A stretch of DNA of 32,000 nt from Wolbachia endosymbiont of Drosophila innubila (GCF_021378375.1 NZ_CP076228.1:600001-632000), one strand, 5' to 3'; counted from the stretch's first letter, positions 18,128 to 29,360 are shown. Made by a program: numbers and translations. The notes: generated from the letters alone by a model not told the origin.

Positions 18128-19372
18128 TTAAGACGCTAATTTGTAAAATTTTTCCATTTGCTCACTCCATAGCATCGGTATTTCCCTTAAATCAACTAAC
18201 CGCAAATTACTCGGTTGTCTCCCATTTACTATGTCTTCTTTGATCTTTGGTGCTAAATAATTTAATCTTAAAATTTGTTGTATACGTCTTGTACCTATAT
18301 TAATTTTAATGCTCAGCTCTTTCACACTTCTATATTTTCCTTCCTCTAGTTGACGTTTCCAAAGATGGGCTCTTACCACTGCTTTCAGTAGCGCATTGTT
18401 TGTTTTCCTTCTGGCTCCCACTACTGTGCATTTGTTCCTTTCTTCTTTAAATTCATTGGTATAAATTTTTCCTCTGACTCAGAACACACCTCATTCCATC
18501 TTCTCTTACCCACACTGTTTTTTATTAATTTCTTCACTGCTTCTTTCTGTTTTCCAAAACTTAAATTTTTCCATTTTTCTTTTTTTTGCCTTTTTCCCAA
18601 TTCTCATATAAGCATTCCGCTCTCTTCATTACTTCTTTTTTCCACTTCTCCGGCTACTACTGTTCGGTTCATCGACTTGCAACCTTTTCCTCTGAAATGG
18701 TTATGCATATATAATATCGATACCTTTTATTTTCTTTTTTTTGAGGTAATAATCAGCGTCATGTTTGCTTTGCAGCATCTGCATCTTATCATCCCCTTTA
18801 GTAGCGCCTCTTCATATTTTTACACTTCGATATGATTCGCTGTGTTCTGTGCTTTTGCCATTTCTTCTACTACTATTATTGCCTCATGCTTTCCTTTATA
18901 CTCTTCTCATAATGTATTTTTCCATATATATCAGTTTGTTATTATTCTCCTCACTGTGGCCTTTTAAAAGGTATATACAGTTTGCTTTCGTTCGATATCC
19001 TTCTCTGTTTAACTCTCTGCCAATTCTGCCATTGATCTCAGCTCCATATCTCTCAAATATGCTTTTATTACTTTTGCTTCTTTTCATTTATTATTAATTC
19101 CTTCTCTTTTACATCATACCCTAGTGGCGCATTCCTCCATCCACCAATCCTACATCTTCAAATAATTCCTTTATCGCTGGTCTATTTAAATTACTTCCTG
19201 AATAGCCTCCATCATCATACCTTTTGGCTAATGCTACCCACCCTTCTCGGCTTTTTATATATTTTTTACATGCTACTCGCTGTGCATCAAGACTATTAAA
19301 CTTCTGCTCTAGCCCGTCTTCATTTGATTTTCTCGTATATATCGCACACCTTACCTCTTTTAGCATTCTCAA
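18128..19372 (-). pseudogene. WO-type large serine recombinase with an internal deletion and frameshifts
   Basis: N-terminus: MLKEVRCAIYTRKSNEDGLEQKFNSLDAQRVACKKYIKSREGWVALAKRYDDGGYSGSNLNRPAIKELFEDV. Next recognisable parts in shifted frames: GYDVKEKELIINEKEAKVIKA, ELNREGYRTKA, and ORF 18128-18421 (...PSNLRLVDLREIPMLW). The stretch expected between RPAIKELFEDV and the PLGYDV region is missing. Confidence 0.85.
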
Positions 19373-19833
19373 CTTACCTTTTTATCACGCATCCCAAATA
19401 ATAAAGGACCGTTGTAGCTCATTCCCATTATTTTTCCGGCTACCGCTGATAATGACGTAAAAAATTCTTCTCTGTAGATTAAACCCTTATCTGTTACCAT
19501 CACTGCATGCGTTTCTTCACCTCTTTCTAATATCAACTCCGTTCCTACTGCTGGCAGTTTATCGCTACTTATCCTTTTCCCTGTTCTAGCCGATCTGCCA
19601 GGTATTTTTAGTCTTTTTGCTCCTTTTCTTGATATTTCTCCATACGCTTTCTCCTGCAACCTATACGCCAATCTTGGTATCAAATATTTCTTTGAGTTTG
19701 TAGGCGCTTCTTCCACAAAGACCTTCCTCCATATTTTTCTCAGCTCTTCCAACGCTTTTTCTCTAAATTCAATACTTTCTTTTCTATTCCTTCCATCCCT
19801 AGCTTCTGAATTTAAAAAAAAGTTGCGGCTCAT
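19369..19833 (-). CDS. DUF2924 domain-containing protein
   Basis: 154-aa ORF: ALEELRKIWRKVFVEEAPTNSKKYLIPRLAYRLQEKAYG...RISSDKLPAVGTELILERGEETHAVMVTDKGLIYREEFFTSLSAVAGKIMG. It lies directly upstream of the recombinase, the usual WO arrangement. Confidence 0.85.
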   Translation of the reverse strand: MSRNFFLNSEARDGRNRKESIEFREKALEELRKIWRKVFVEEAPTNSKKYLIPRLAYRLQEKAYGEISRKGAKRLKIPGRSARTGKRISSDKLPAVGTELILERGEETHAVMVTDKGLIYREEFFTSLSAVAGKIMGMSYNGPLLFGMRDKKVS

Positions 19834-20460
19834 AGCACTTTTTCATCCATAGTTTCTAGCTCTTTCACCTCTTCTTTTGCTACTATCACGCCTGCTGCTG
19901 TACTTTCCGATACAACTCTTATTCTTTCTATAAATTCCCTCTGTTTATTTGCCATTTTTACGTTCTCTAACACTTCTTTTATCTCTTTATTATTTCTCAC
20001 ATAATCCATTGGGGTCTTGCCAAATTTATCTTTTTGTTCCACATTCCCTCCCGCTTTTACTAGCTCTTCTACTATTTTTTATCTCTGCTACCATGCACGC
20101 AAGGTGTAACGCGGCAAATTTGTTACTTCGTTCCACTGCGTTTACATCGACTCCTGCCTTTATCAGCTCTTTTGTATTTTCTAGACGTTGCCCCATCACT
20201 GCTAGGTGTAGTGGTCTATATTTCCCGGCATCTGCTGCATCTACATCTGCTCCCTTTTTGATTAATAATTTCACTTTTTTCGGATCTGGCATTCCCACCG
20301 CGTAATGTAGTATCGTCCTTCCTTTTGTGTCTTTTTTGTTAATATTTTCTATTGAGTTATCTAATACTTCTTTCCACGACTTATTAAATTCTTCTCTTTC
20401 TTTCTTACTAAATTTTACCATAAGTTCCTCAGCTATTAATGCAATATAAAGTGGCTCCAA
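19830..20460 (-). pseudogene. Ankyrin repeat gene, one frameshift
   Basis: ORF 20026-20460 (TKGRTILHYAVG...KKVKLLIKKGADVDAADAGKYRPLHLAVMG) continues in the frame of 19830-20042 (KFGKTPMDYVRNNKEIKEVL). Confidence 0.8.
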
Positions 20461-20681
20461 TTTGGCTCACTTTAGCGCTTAGCAAACTTTGTTTGTTTAC
20501 CAGCTACTTTTTCACTTAGGGCTATTTTGGCATAAAAAGCAAGTTTTTTTTACAAAATATACACATTTTTTCAGCATATTATATTAAGATATAAATCTAT
20601 ATATTTAATCTGTTAAATAATAGCAATTCCTCTCCTGCTGTTGCCAGCTTTTCTCTTCTATTTTTCCATATATTTAGCCTC

Positions 20682-21292
20682 TTATTTCCTCACAAAAAGT
20701 CTGCAAACATCTACAGCCCTTTCCTCCACATCATTTAGCTTCTTTCCACCATTTACCACCTGCTTTTCCGATACCTTACTTATTTTTTCCATTAACTCCC
20801 TCTGTTTGTTCACTATTTTTCCTCCTTTTTTCTTTAATACCTCCCTTGTCTCTTCATCACTTGCGTAATACATTGGGCTAAATCCTGATATACTTACCAG
20901 GTTTATTTCTGCCCCTGCTTTTATTAACTCTTCTACTATCTTTTTTCCACCTACCATACACGCTAGATGTAGTGCCGTATTTCCATCTTCTTCGGTTGCG
21001 TTTATATCTGCTCTGGCTTCTATTAATTCTTTTACGTTTTCCAGACGCATTCAAGCGCTGCTGAGTGCAGTGGTGTATAACCTTCGTTATCTCTTGCATC
21101 TACATCTGCTCCTTCCCATATCAGCCAGTTTACTTTTTCTCGTCGACATTTTGCTGCTCGGTGCAACATTGTTTCACCGTTTTCATTTTTTCTATTTATA
21201 TGCTTTTTAGACAATTTGCCTGCAAGCAACTCTTGAAATAATTCATTAAAATCATCCCTTTCTTCTTGACTAATCCACATGATGTACCTCAC
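20682..21292 (-). pseudogene. Ankyrin repeat gene, frameshift at ~21045
   Basis: ORF 21032-21292 (NENGETMLHRAAKCRREKVNWLIWEGADVDARDNEGYTPLHSAA) continues in 20682-21050 (RLENVKELIEARADINATEEDGNTALHLACMVGGKKIVEELIKAGAEIN). Confidence 0.8.
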
Positions 21293-21461
21293 TATAAAAC
21301 TTCCTAACTTCTAGCGTTTGGTAAATCTTTTTTGTTTACCTACACCTACCTAATTTATAGCTGTTTTGGCATGAAAAAGCAACTTCTTTTTTTCAAAAAA
21401 CACACATTTTTACCGAATATTAATGTAGTGTATGAAGATATAAGTATATGTATTTAACTCA

Positions 21462-22661
21462 TTAAACATACGACCTGTTTTCTTCCCAACTTCTGTTCAA
21501 ATGTCGATGTTCGTGCCATGTTAGTACACCTGGGTAAAACACTAAAATGTACCTTTCTAACTCATGTATTGAATCCTTTTGCTCTGAATCTAAATCGCTT
21601 TCAAAATGAACATTGTGTTCTGCTAAACCAAATCTTATAACTTTCTGGTTGGTAAAATCTTCTACCTTGTAGTGGTGAGTAACGCTAAACCTTTCTAAAA
21701 CTGGTTTATATTTTAAATTCCACAGTTGTTCAGATAGTTTGCTACTTCCCAATAAAATTTATCCCCTTCCTCTTCTATACTAGTAACCGGAAAACATGCG
21801 TTTATTTCCCCTAAGTTCCAGCTATCTGATAATACTATTTGTGCCTTAGCAAACTTAATTGCCGGTAATAAGCCCTGTGGTAGCGGATATAGCGCTTTGA
21901 AGTTATACCACACATGATTCCTTTCATAAATACCGTTATAGTTCTTAGTATGAGGCTCGGTTTCTCCAAGTATTGCTACATCTAGGCGATATATATCATT
22001 GCTCAAAGCTTGTTCATAATGATTGCGTAGATAGTTCTCTATAATCCTAACAACTGGACCACTAGACCTGAAAAAATTTACTCTCCCAAATGATAACACT
22101 GGTCCATCTTTTTCGATCTTTGTACCAGAGTAGTCTGATAATAAGCTGCCAAAAAAGCTTTCATCTAAAATAAATCTTCCAATATTATAGTGGTCATTGA
22201 AAAGCCTCATTAGCCTCGATCTTGCTGGCAATGATAGTTTTTGCTAGTTCTACTACTGCATCCACGAAGAAGTCGTTCGGAACATCTCTTATCCCTACCT
22301 GCAACTCAAAAAAGTGTTTTACCGGGTGGCTCTTCAATGATCGTAATATCTTCTATATTTGCCCACTTTAATGCTATTTTCAGTGAGGCAGGTGTGCCAC
22401 GCAGTCTTTGAAATTTTATTCTTCTCTTATCGCCTTTCCTTTGTCTTTTACCCAACGCAGAATTTCCCCCAATCCATATTCTTCTATTATCCACGGTAGT
22501 ATTTCATCTTTAGAATTAAACTTAAATCCTTTTATCCTGCTTGGATCAACTTTGTAATCGATAGCCTCTACTATGGCTCTTTCTTCTTTTGTGCTATTAG
22601 GTGGAAGTAACATTAGCTTTTGCCCATTAATTCGATTTCTAGCTTGCCTAAACAAACGCAC
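21462..22661 (-). pseudogene. Phage tail protein I-like (P2 gpI family, WO form), several frameshifts
   Basis: Fragments in order: LPPNSTKEERAIVEAIDYKVDPSRIKG...PWIIEEYGLGEILRWVKDKGKAIREE, IKFQRLRGTPASLKIALKWANIEDITIIEE, HYNIGRFILDESFFGSLLSDYSGTKIE, and a C-terminus ending at 21462. It follows the J gene. Confidence 0.75.
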
Positions 22662-23374
22662 TCATTCCCCAGTACCACACACACAACATCTTTTCTTGGC
22701 TCTATTAATTCCACGTTTTCTACCCCTTCTACAAATAGATTTGCTATGATCCATGATTTTGTCACCTTCCATCCCAATCTTTTCGTTGCTTCAAATTTTT
22801 CGATAAATTTCTTCTTCACCGTTTCAATAATATCCGGTCTTTTAATGCTAATTTTGCTGTGGATATCTATTTCAATAATATTGCAACCAACTACTGTTAT
22901 CGTATCTGTCAATACCCTTATATCATCCCTGGTGACTCGCTTTCTTACAATATCAAGTAGTTCTTCAGATGCTATGCCATTTGTGGATAACTCCGTGGAT
23001 AAAATCGAGATCTCTACACTCCCTGGCACTTTTTGATTCAACCAGCGCATCCTTTACTCTTCTATCTGCTGAGAGTGCATGATATCGATAATGTTCTTTA
23101 CTTCCTCCAGTTGACCAGCCTTTTATTTTGCCTTGATTCTTTTTCTAAATCGTTCATCTTCTTCTCCATCTTGCCTCTCTGCTCCATAAAACTCAGCTAA
23201 ATTATCAAGTTCTTCCCCTCTTGCAAACTTCAGTAAGTTGCTCCTTGCCGCTTCGTTTATTCTTTCTCTCAGCAAAAGTTCTCGCCATGCTGCTACCTCT
23301 AAAATCTTTATTGCTGGGTCACTTTCTACTAATGCCGTAAAACTTTCATCACGACTTACTAATTCTTCTTTCAT
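22613..23374 (-). pseudogene. Phage baseplate assembly protein J-like, frameshifted
   Basis: MKEELVSRDESFTALVESDPAIKILEVAAWRELLLRERINEAARSNLLKFARGEELDNLAEFYG continues in 22613-23050 (VEISILSTELSTNGIASEELLDIVRKRV...RVLTDTITV). Confidence 0.85.
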
Positions 23375-23406
23375 CCGGGAAAAATCTCTTCAAAGTTCCT
23401 CCATCT

Positions 23407-23753
23407 CTATACCATAATCCCATCAAATGAATATTTTTCCCATTTGGTAGATAAATACCATCTAATGAAATATTGACCCTTTCCTTCTTTCACTTCTGTA
23501 ATTTTTACTTTTTCTAACTTAAATCTTTGCTCCAACTTTTGTAGAGCTTCTGCTATACTGCTGCATAGATTTCCAAGTTCAATCCTATTAATTGGCTTAT
23601 CTACTAATTCAAATGCGTCTTGACTCATAATCCTTCGCATAACACGTGATCTATCGGCGTGGTCAGTATGTCAACTATCGATTGCTTTAGATGGTTTAAT
23701 CGCTCAATTCGCTTTCCCGTGCTAGCATTCGGCCTCTCATTCTGCAAATACAT
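23407..23753 (-). pseudogene. Phage baseplate protein W / gp25-like, one frameshift
   Basis: Own reading from the ATG at 23753: MYLQNERPNASTGKRIERLNHLKQSIVDILTTPIDH, then in the other frame VMRRIMSQDAFELVDKPINRIELGNLCSSIAEAL. LKQSI..ILTTP is typical of the family. Confidence 0.75.
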
Positions 23754-24225
23754 TTTTGCTATCACCCCATCACATGAAACCACACGATACCCAGTCACCT
23801 GCTCTTGTTATGCCAATATCATTAACAAATACATATTTGATTCTCCTACTTTCAACGTTATTTTATCCACTACATCTATCTTAAGATGGTTGATTCTTTT
23901 CTTTGCTCATATGATAACTTTGTCCCATCTTGAAATTTTACACTATTTATTTCCTTTTTATTCTCCGGAGGGATATTTCTCCCTGATATAATGACAACTC
24001 TCCATATGGCGATAATACTATTTTGCTCATCAATATTCGGCGCAAACCAACTTCTATCTTCTCCTGCTCTTGCCGTTACCCACGGAAGCCAATCCGTTAA
24101 AAATTCCCCTATTTTTACCCGCACTCTTGCTTTTTCATAATCTACTTCTTTAACTAAACCTATACGAATAATGTTCGCTAACTTCCTATTCAGCTCTGAA
24201 ATTGCAAAAAATTATGCTCTAACAT
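23738..24225 (-). pseudogene. Phage baseplate assembly protein V-like, frameshifted
   Basis: LANIIRIGLVKEVDYEKARVRVKIGEFLTDWLPWVTARAGEDRSWFAPNIDEQ; position upstream of W and J. Confidence 0.75.
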
Positions 24226-24687
24226 TTTCGCCAACACTTATTGTATGTGGTATGATACCAGTTTCTAACCACATTGATTGACCTGTATGTAGCTCGTGAA
24301 CCCATTCGACCAACCACACCAAATATGCATCCAACTCTGGTTTAAAAATCATCCCCCTCCTGCTGATATAAATTCACCTGCTGAAACATTTTCCACGTCC
24401 CAAGTATTCTTATTCACTACCCTTGCAATTTCCGCTGCCAGTGACCTTACCACTACCTGAGAATCCTCAACTGTTCCATCAACTACCACTCTTACCTCAA
24501 ATCTTGCCCTCAACGCTAATTCCTCAGTCCCCGGATCTTTCCCTGGTTCTAAACTTGCAAGCTCTACAAATGCTGCTGGCGCTATTATTTCCCTACGTAT
24601 TGCTGGATACACTTCGCACGTTTGTATTGCTGGGATTTCTTCTTTTAGCGTTTTACAAATCTTCTGATGTAGATCTCTCCAAAACAT
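24212..24687 (-). pseudogene. WO phage structural protein (tail-completion-like), one frameshift near the 3' end
   Basis: MFWRDLHQKICKTLKEEIPAIQTCEVYPAIRREIIAPAAFVELASLEPGKDPGTEELALRARFEVRVVVDG; it lies between the Z-like and V-like genes. Confidence 0.55.
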
Positions 24688-24727
24688 ACGCTCTTAAATA
24701 AAATTAAGTTCATGGTCAAAATACTTC

Positions 24728-25189
24728 TCAAATACTCTCTACTTCATTAGAGACTAACTCTTTCATTGTTTCCCGAGCATGGGTATTTATTTTAATTTCA
24801 TCTATTGGCAAAGACGTGGTATACCTTCGTCTGAAGATTCCTATATGACCATTTTTCATTGTTGCTATAAATGCTCCTTCATACGTACGGCTTCCTACTT
24901 TTGCTCCTATCTTTGTCTGTTTTATACTCCCAAGTTTTGCTACTCCTATCCACTGCGAACTGAGCTTTACTACTGACCATAAGCGCTTTCTATTTGCTTT
25001 ATCCACACTTAACTTTTTTCTCATTGCTTTTTTTGGTATTTGTTTTTCTTCGCTAACTTGTTTGACAGTTTGTGACCTTACCCATAGTGCTGTTTTGTTT
25101 AGTGCCCTCACCGTTGCTTTTTCCACTTTTTTCCTTTCAGCATCTATACTTTGTATAATACTACCGGTGACTTCGATGTTAATACGCAT
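24728..25189 (-). CDS. Phage minor tail protein Z-like
   Basis: Intact 153-aa ORF: IQSIDAERKKVEKATVRALNKTALWVRSQTVKQVSEEKQIPKKAMRKKLSVDKANRK...GSRTYEGAFIATMKNGHIGIFRR. Confidence 0.75.
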   Translation of the reverse strand: MRINIEVTGSIIQSIDAERKKVEKATVRALNKTALWVRSQTVKQVSEEKQIPKKAMRKKLSVDKANRKRLWSVVKLSSQWIGVAKLGSIKQTKIGAKVGSRTYEGAFIATMKNGHIGIFRRRYTTSLPIDEIKINTHARETMKELVSNEVESI

Positions 25190-25335
25190 CTACACCCCTG
25201 ACGCTTGAATTTTCCATAGCATTCCCGAATTGTCCCTAAGTGGTGGTGAATATACTTTGTACTTACGCTTATCAATAATAAAGATATCTCCTTGTATCTT
25301 GTCAAAAGCATCTGATGTTTTAAGCTTAAGCATTA
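25190..25335 (-). pseudogene. 3' remnant of a small phage head-tail protein, apparently cut by the neighbouring IS element
   Basis: Minus translation MLKLKTSDAFDKIQGDIFIIDKRKYKVYSPPLRDNSGMLWKIQASGV, immediately upstream of the Z-like gene. Confidence 0.45.
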
Positions 25336-26560
25336 GGTGGAGAAGGGAAGAACTTTGAATATCTCCTTAGATATAAAATCTGTGTGGTAGACAAGAGTTC
25401 CCTTCTCAAAAGTATAGGCTGAACGGTATCGTAGAAAGACCTAAATGGTTATAATTCTGTACCCACAAGGTTAGCCTTACTTTTCATTTTAATAGTAACG
25501 TATGGAGTTATATATGATCAACAACTTTTGGGTATAGACATATCAAAAAGATCGCTTTGATGTTTCTCTTTCATTCATAAGCAACAAAGGAAAACGTGAA
25601 ACCAGGAAAAGGAGTTTCAAGAATAATGATCATGGGTTTCAAGGTTTACTGAGCTTTCTACAAAAGCATAATGTAGAACAAGTAAAAGCCTGCATGGAAG
25701 CTACTGGTTGTTATAGTGAAGCCTTAGCTGAATTTCTACACAATACTGGACATTTTGTGAGTGTTGTTAATCCAGCTTGTATAAGATTTTATGCAAAAAG
25801 TAAGCTTATACGACAAAAGAATGATCAGACTGATGCAGAGATAATTGCCGATTATTGCCAAAGACAGGAACCTATTCGTTGGGCACCACCTTCTCCTGAG
25901 TTAAAGAAATTAAAAGCATCTTTATCGTTGCTCGGCTGCGTTAAAAGATGAATTGACATTAGTAAATAACCACTTAGAAAAAAAAAAAGAGAGACTGCCT
26001 AAAGAAGTTGCAAATGCTTGGGAAGACCTTGCAATGAACATAAAACAAAAAATAGAAAGAATAAAAAAACTCCTTACGTGAACTATTAAATAAACACAAA
26101 GAATTGTTGGAAAATTTTCAACTTCTATTGACCATTCCAGGAATAGGAGAAGAATCAGCAGTAGCTATTTTGGCTGAAGTTCCTAACATAAAAGCTTTCA
26201 AGGATGCCAGGCAATTGGCAGCATATGCTGGAGCTATACCACGAAATATAACGTCAGGTACGTCTGTACATGCCAAGCCCAGATTAAGTAAATCCGGTTC
26301 ACGAACATTATGTAAGGCAATGTACTTTCCTGCCATAGTAGCTAAGAATCATAATCCTACTATTATGACTTTTTGCAAAAGGTTAAAAGAGAAAGGCAAG
26401 CATAACATGGCCATTGTGGGAGCTGCAATGCGTAAGTTACTCCATATTGTTTTTTGGTGTTTTAAGGTCAAAGAAGGCTTTTGATCCAGATCATATCAAA
26501 AACTACAGAGCTAGGAGTTTGGCTGAAAGTTTAGTGCTTTAAAATCAAAAAACGCTCCAA
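25336..26560 (+). mobile_element. IS110-family-like insertion sequence, approximate ends
   Basis: Interrupts the minus-strand phage operon. Contains a DEDD/transposase_20-type transposase and a structured 5' non-coding region. Exact ends were not resolved. Confidence 0.7.
25555..26484 (+). pseudogene. IS110-family transposase, frameshift near 25950
   Basis: DRFDVSLSFIS...VKACMEATGCYSEALAEFLHNTGHFVSVVNPACIRFYAKSKLIRQKNDQTDAEIIADYC, then LLTIPGIGEESAVAILAEVPNIKAFKDARQLAAYAGAIPRNITSGTSVHAKPRLSKSGSRTLCKAMYFPA. Confidence 0.9.
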
Positions 26561-26597
26561 TTATGTAAAATAGTATCTTACACAAATTTTGTAACTG

Positions 26598-26676
26598 GTT
26601 AGTGAATATGTTGATAAGTAAATTAATTTTATACGTACAAAAAAGCGGAAATTTACTTATCAACATATTCACTAAC
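26598..26676. repeat. Perfect 27-bp inverted repeat with 25-nt spacer
   Basis: GTTAGTGAATATGTTGATAAGTAAATT (26598-26624) and its exact reverse complement AATTTACTTATCAACATATTCACTAAC (26650-26676). Confidence 0.95.
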
Positions 26677-26727
26677 TATAATCTGTGTACCGTTACACAA
26701 AATGTGAATTGGAAGTATTTTTTAATT

Positions 26728-26988
26728 TTATGATACAGCTTGAACAATTTTTGTAATTTTTTTGTTGACTTGCAAGACGGTATCTACTACTGGCTGCAAT
26801 ACATCGAATATACTCACCTCCAAAATCAATATCTCCCCTACAAATTGTCCTTCACCAATCTCGTATAATTTATCTGGCTGTTGTTTTAATATTTGCACCA
26901 TATATGACTTATCCTTTGATTCATACAACGCTTGCTGCCCTAGATGTGCAAAACAATCTGCAAATAATCTTTTAATATCTCTAAACAT
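26728..26988 (-). CDS. Phage head-tail attachment-like protein, possibly truncated at the C-terminus
   Basis: MFRDIKRLFADCFAHLGQQALYESKDKSYMVQILKQQPDKLYEIGEGQFVGEILILEVSIFDVLQPV; position just downstream of the capsid gene. Confidence 0.5.
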   Translation of the reverse strand: MFRDIKRLFADCFAHLGQQALYESKDKSYMVQILKQQPDKLYEIGEGQFVGEILILEVSIFDVLQPVVDTVLQVNKKITKIVQAVS

Positions 26989-27074
26989 AATTTTTAGTTG
27001 CTTTTATTCTTTAGTTGATATAATGCTTCCTGTTCGGGTATTAAAACAATCTGCACTTAGCTTTACCTCACCTG

Positions 27075-28076
27075 TTATGCAGCAAGTTTTACAAGTATAC
27101 CTGGGCGATGGCACATTGGTAGAGGGTTTGATTGGGTATGAAGGTCAGTCCCTCTATCAAATCTTCTTGGCTCTTGTTTTGCATAGAGCGGTTGTCCTAG
27201 TGTATTTACCGTTTCATTAAAGTCCGCTGGCGCAAAGTAAGTAGTAAATGTGCTTGCTGTACCAAGTGGAAAACAGTGACCTGTATCTTTCTCAATAAAT
27301 CTTCTCACGGTTCCTTCAGGATCAGTTGCTTGTCCTCTGTATTCCTCAAATGTTATTCCACAAAACGTAAATCCTGATCTCATATCATTCCGAAGCGCTG
27401 CTCCTTCTTGCCATCTTTCATATGCTTCTTTTTTACTTTACTATGCGAAGTTAATGCATCAAAAAATTCAGGGCTTACCAAAGCATGTACTCCTGTCATA
27501 TATTCACCACTTAGATTATCTTCTATATGCCGGAGTACTTCCATACACCCGCTTTACATCTGTTGTTGCTATTCCCAGTGCAAAATTTACTACTTTTGGC
27601 GTAATTTCAAATTCGTTGTAAAGATTTAACAATTCACTGCCATCAGCGTCCAGAATAATCCCCTTTCAACGCCCCCATTCGCAAATGTTCTAACGTTATC
27701 GCGTGCTTGTTCCTCATCAATTCAGATGATCTGTTACCACGTTAGCCAACGCTTTCAGTTCATTCTCTGACCCAAATGCCCTTATCCCTTGCACTTCCTC
27801 AGGTAACACTACGTCATCATGGGGGAATATGTGGTATCGTAAACGTTCTTATTTTTCGTTTTCCACGTTTTCCCCACTGTTGCTGGTGCTCCGGAACTTG
27901 CGTTGGTAATAGGCTCAAAACACCGTTTTGCTCTTCTATCGTAATATGTCGGAATCTTACCGATCTACTTGGAAATAAATTTAAGCTTTCTGTTCGACCA
28001 TAATTTATCGGCAATATGTTTATTGCTTTAGTTAGTCCGTCATACTAAATGCTGAATTTGTAAATGGATTTTGCAT
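27075..28076 (-). pseudogene. Phage major capsid protein (lambda gpE-like), several frameshifts
   Basis: Start MQNPFTNSAFS at 28076, then LTKAINILPINYGRTESLNLFPSRSVRFRHITIEEQNGVLSLLPTQVPEHQQQWGKRGKRKIRTFTIPHIPP. C-terminus: MRSGFTFCGITFEEYRGQATDPEGTVRRFIEKDTGHCFPLGTASTFTTYFAPADFNETVNTLGQPLYAKQEPRRFDRG. Confidence 0.88.
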
Positions 28077-28154
28077 GTTTTTCCCCTTTAATGCTGTAGA
28101 TGTTTGTTGGCTTTTAAGCCCTTTGCGAATGATTAAGATGTTTGCTGGGCTTCT

Positions 28155-28527
28155 AAACCCCTTTTGCGGATAATGATGCCTCGTGCTTCAAAGTTGCTTT
28201 ATTGCTGCAGCTTTCTGCTCTTCTGTTATATTTGCTGGCCACACAACTGCATGATCTGCTAGCATTGCTATACGTGTAATGATTACTGCTTTGGTATTTT
28301 CTTTCACGTTTTTTACATCACTTGCTATCACTCCTATAGCTGTTTGCGTACCATCTGTTGCAGTTGGATTGATAACTAATTACATTATCTTCAATATTAC
28401 AGCCAAACTTCTGTACCCAAGCTTAGGTTTTGCCCTTTGTTACTGTTATTTGGTCTCTTGAGTATAGATTTGATGCCTCATACTTTAATAGGTCACCAAG
28501 GTTATTTTGTTCGGTTATACAACTCAT
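28155..28527 (-). pseudogene. Head decoration protein D-like, frameshifted
   Basis: MSCITEQNNLGDLLKYEASNLYSRDQITVTKGKT, then in other frames IEDNVISYQ, ATDGTQTAIGVIASDVKNVKENTKAVIITRIAMLADHAVVWP and ARGIIIRKGV; it lies directly upstream of the capsid gene. Confidence 0.75.
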
Positions 28528-28550
28528 AAATGTTTCTCCTATGATTGTTG

Positions 28551-29360
28551 TCAATAAGAAATTTCATATTTTGTAAAATCTTTGAAAATCCAGTTGTTTT
28601 AAGAGTATAGAAAATAGTTGTGAGAAACTTCCTAGCAGTAGCAATAATAGCCTTAGCAGAACCACGCTTTTTTCACACGCTCGTAAAAACTTTTCAGATA
28701 AGGACTATAACGTATAGCAATCCAAGTACACTGTACTAAAGAAGTACGCCCAATTTTTGATCCACGTTTAGTAATTCTTCCAATTGTGCATTGTTGATTG
28801 GATTGAAAACTCGCGGTACAACTCCAAAATAAGCTGTAAGTTTTTCAGGATTACTAAAATCATTAATATCACCAATTGTTTTTCAAGTGACTTCCTGTTT
28901 TTCAAATCTTTATTCCGTGGTTTTAATCTTTATTCCGTGGTGAAAAGTCCATGTATTTTTATTGATTAAGATACCCGTGATTTTACTAACTGATCTCTTG
29001 TTTTAAGAAGAGAAGCTAACTGTTGGCATTGTTTGCTCTTGCATTTTGCTTCAGGCAACATATCTTTGCTGAAAAAAAAGCAATAGCTCTTGCATCATGT
29101 TTATCTGTTTTTGTTCACAGAACGACGAACCTTCAAATTACGAGGCAAGCACAACAACGCTTAACGTAGACACTTCATCATAAAAAGAAACAGCTATTTC
29201 CCGTTGCCTCTAAGGCTGCTTCATCTGTTTCTTGAAGATTTTGATAAAATTACCTAAATCCTGTAAGCGAAAACGTTTTAACATACTCTGGTTTTTCACC
29301 AATTTCTAAGTAGCAAGCAGTGAAACTATTAGTATGTAAATCAACACCTATGTAACGCAT
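28551..29360 (-). pseudogene. Second IS110-family-like transposase, heavily degraded
   Basis: MRYIGVDLHTNSFTACYLEIGEKPEYVKTFRL...REIAVSFYDEVSTLSVVV...AKCKSKQCQQLAS...FSNPEKLTAYFGVVPRVFN...KRGSAKAIIATARKFLTT, read across shifted frames. Confidence 0.75.

Noticed and set aside
18765-19097. Plus-strand 110-aa Leu/Pro-rich ORF
   Set aside because: Antisense to the recombinase remnant; composition typical of a chance ORF in AT-rich DNA.
22620-23036. Plus-strand 138-aa Ser/Thr-rich ORF
   Set aside because: Mirrors the minus-strand baseplate J-like coding region, which has a family match and operon context.
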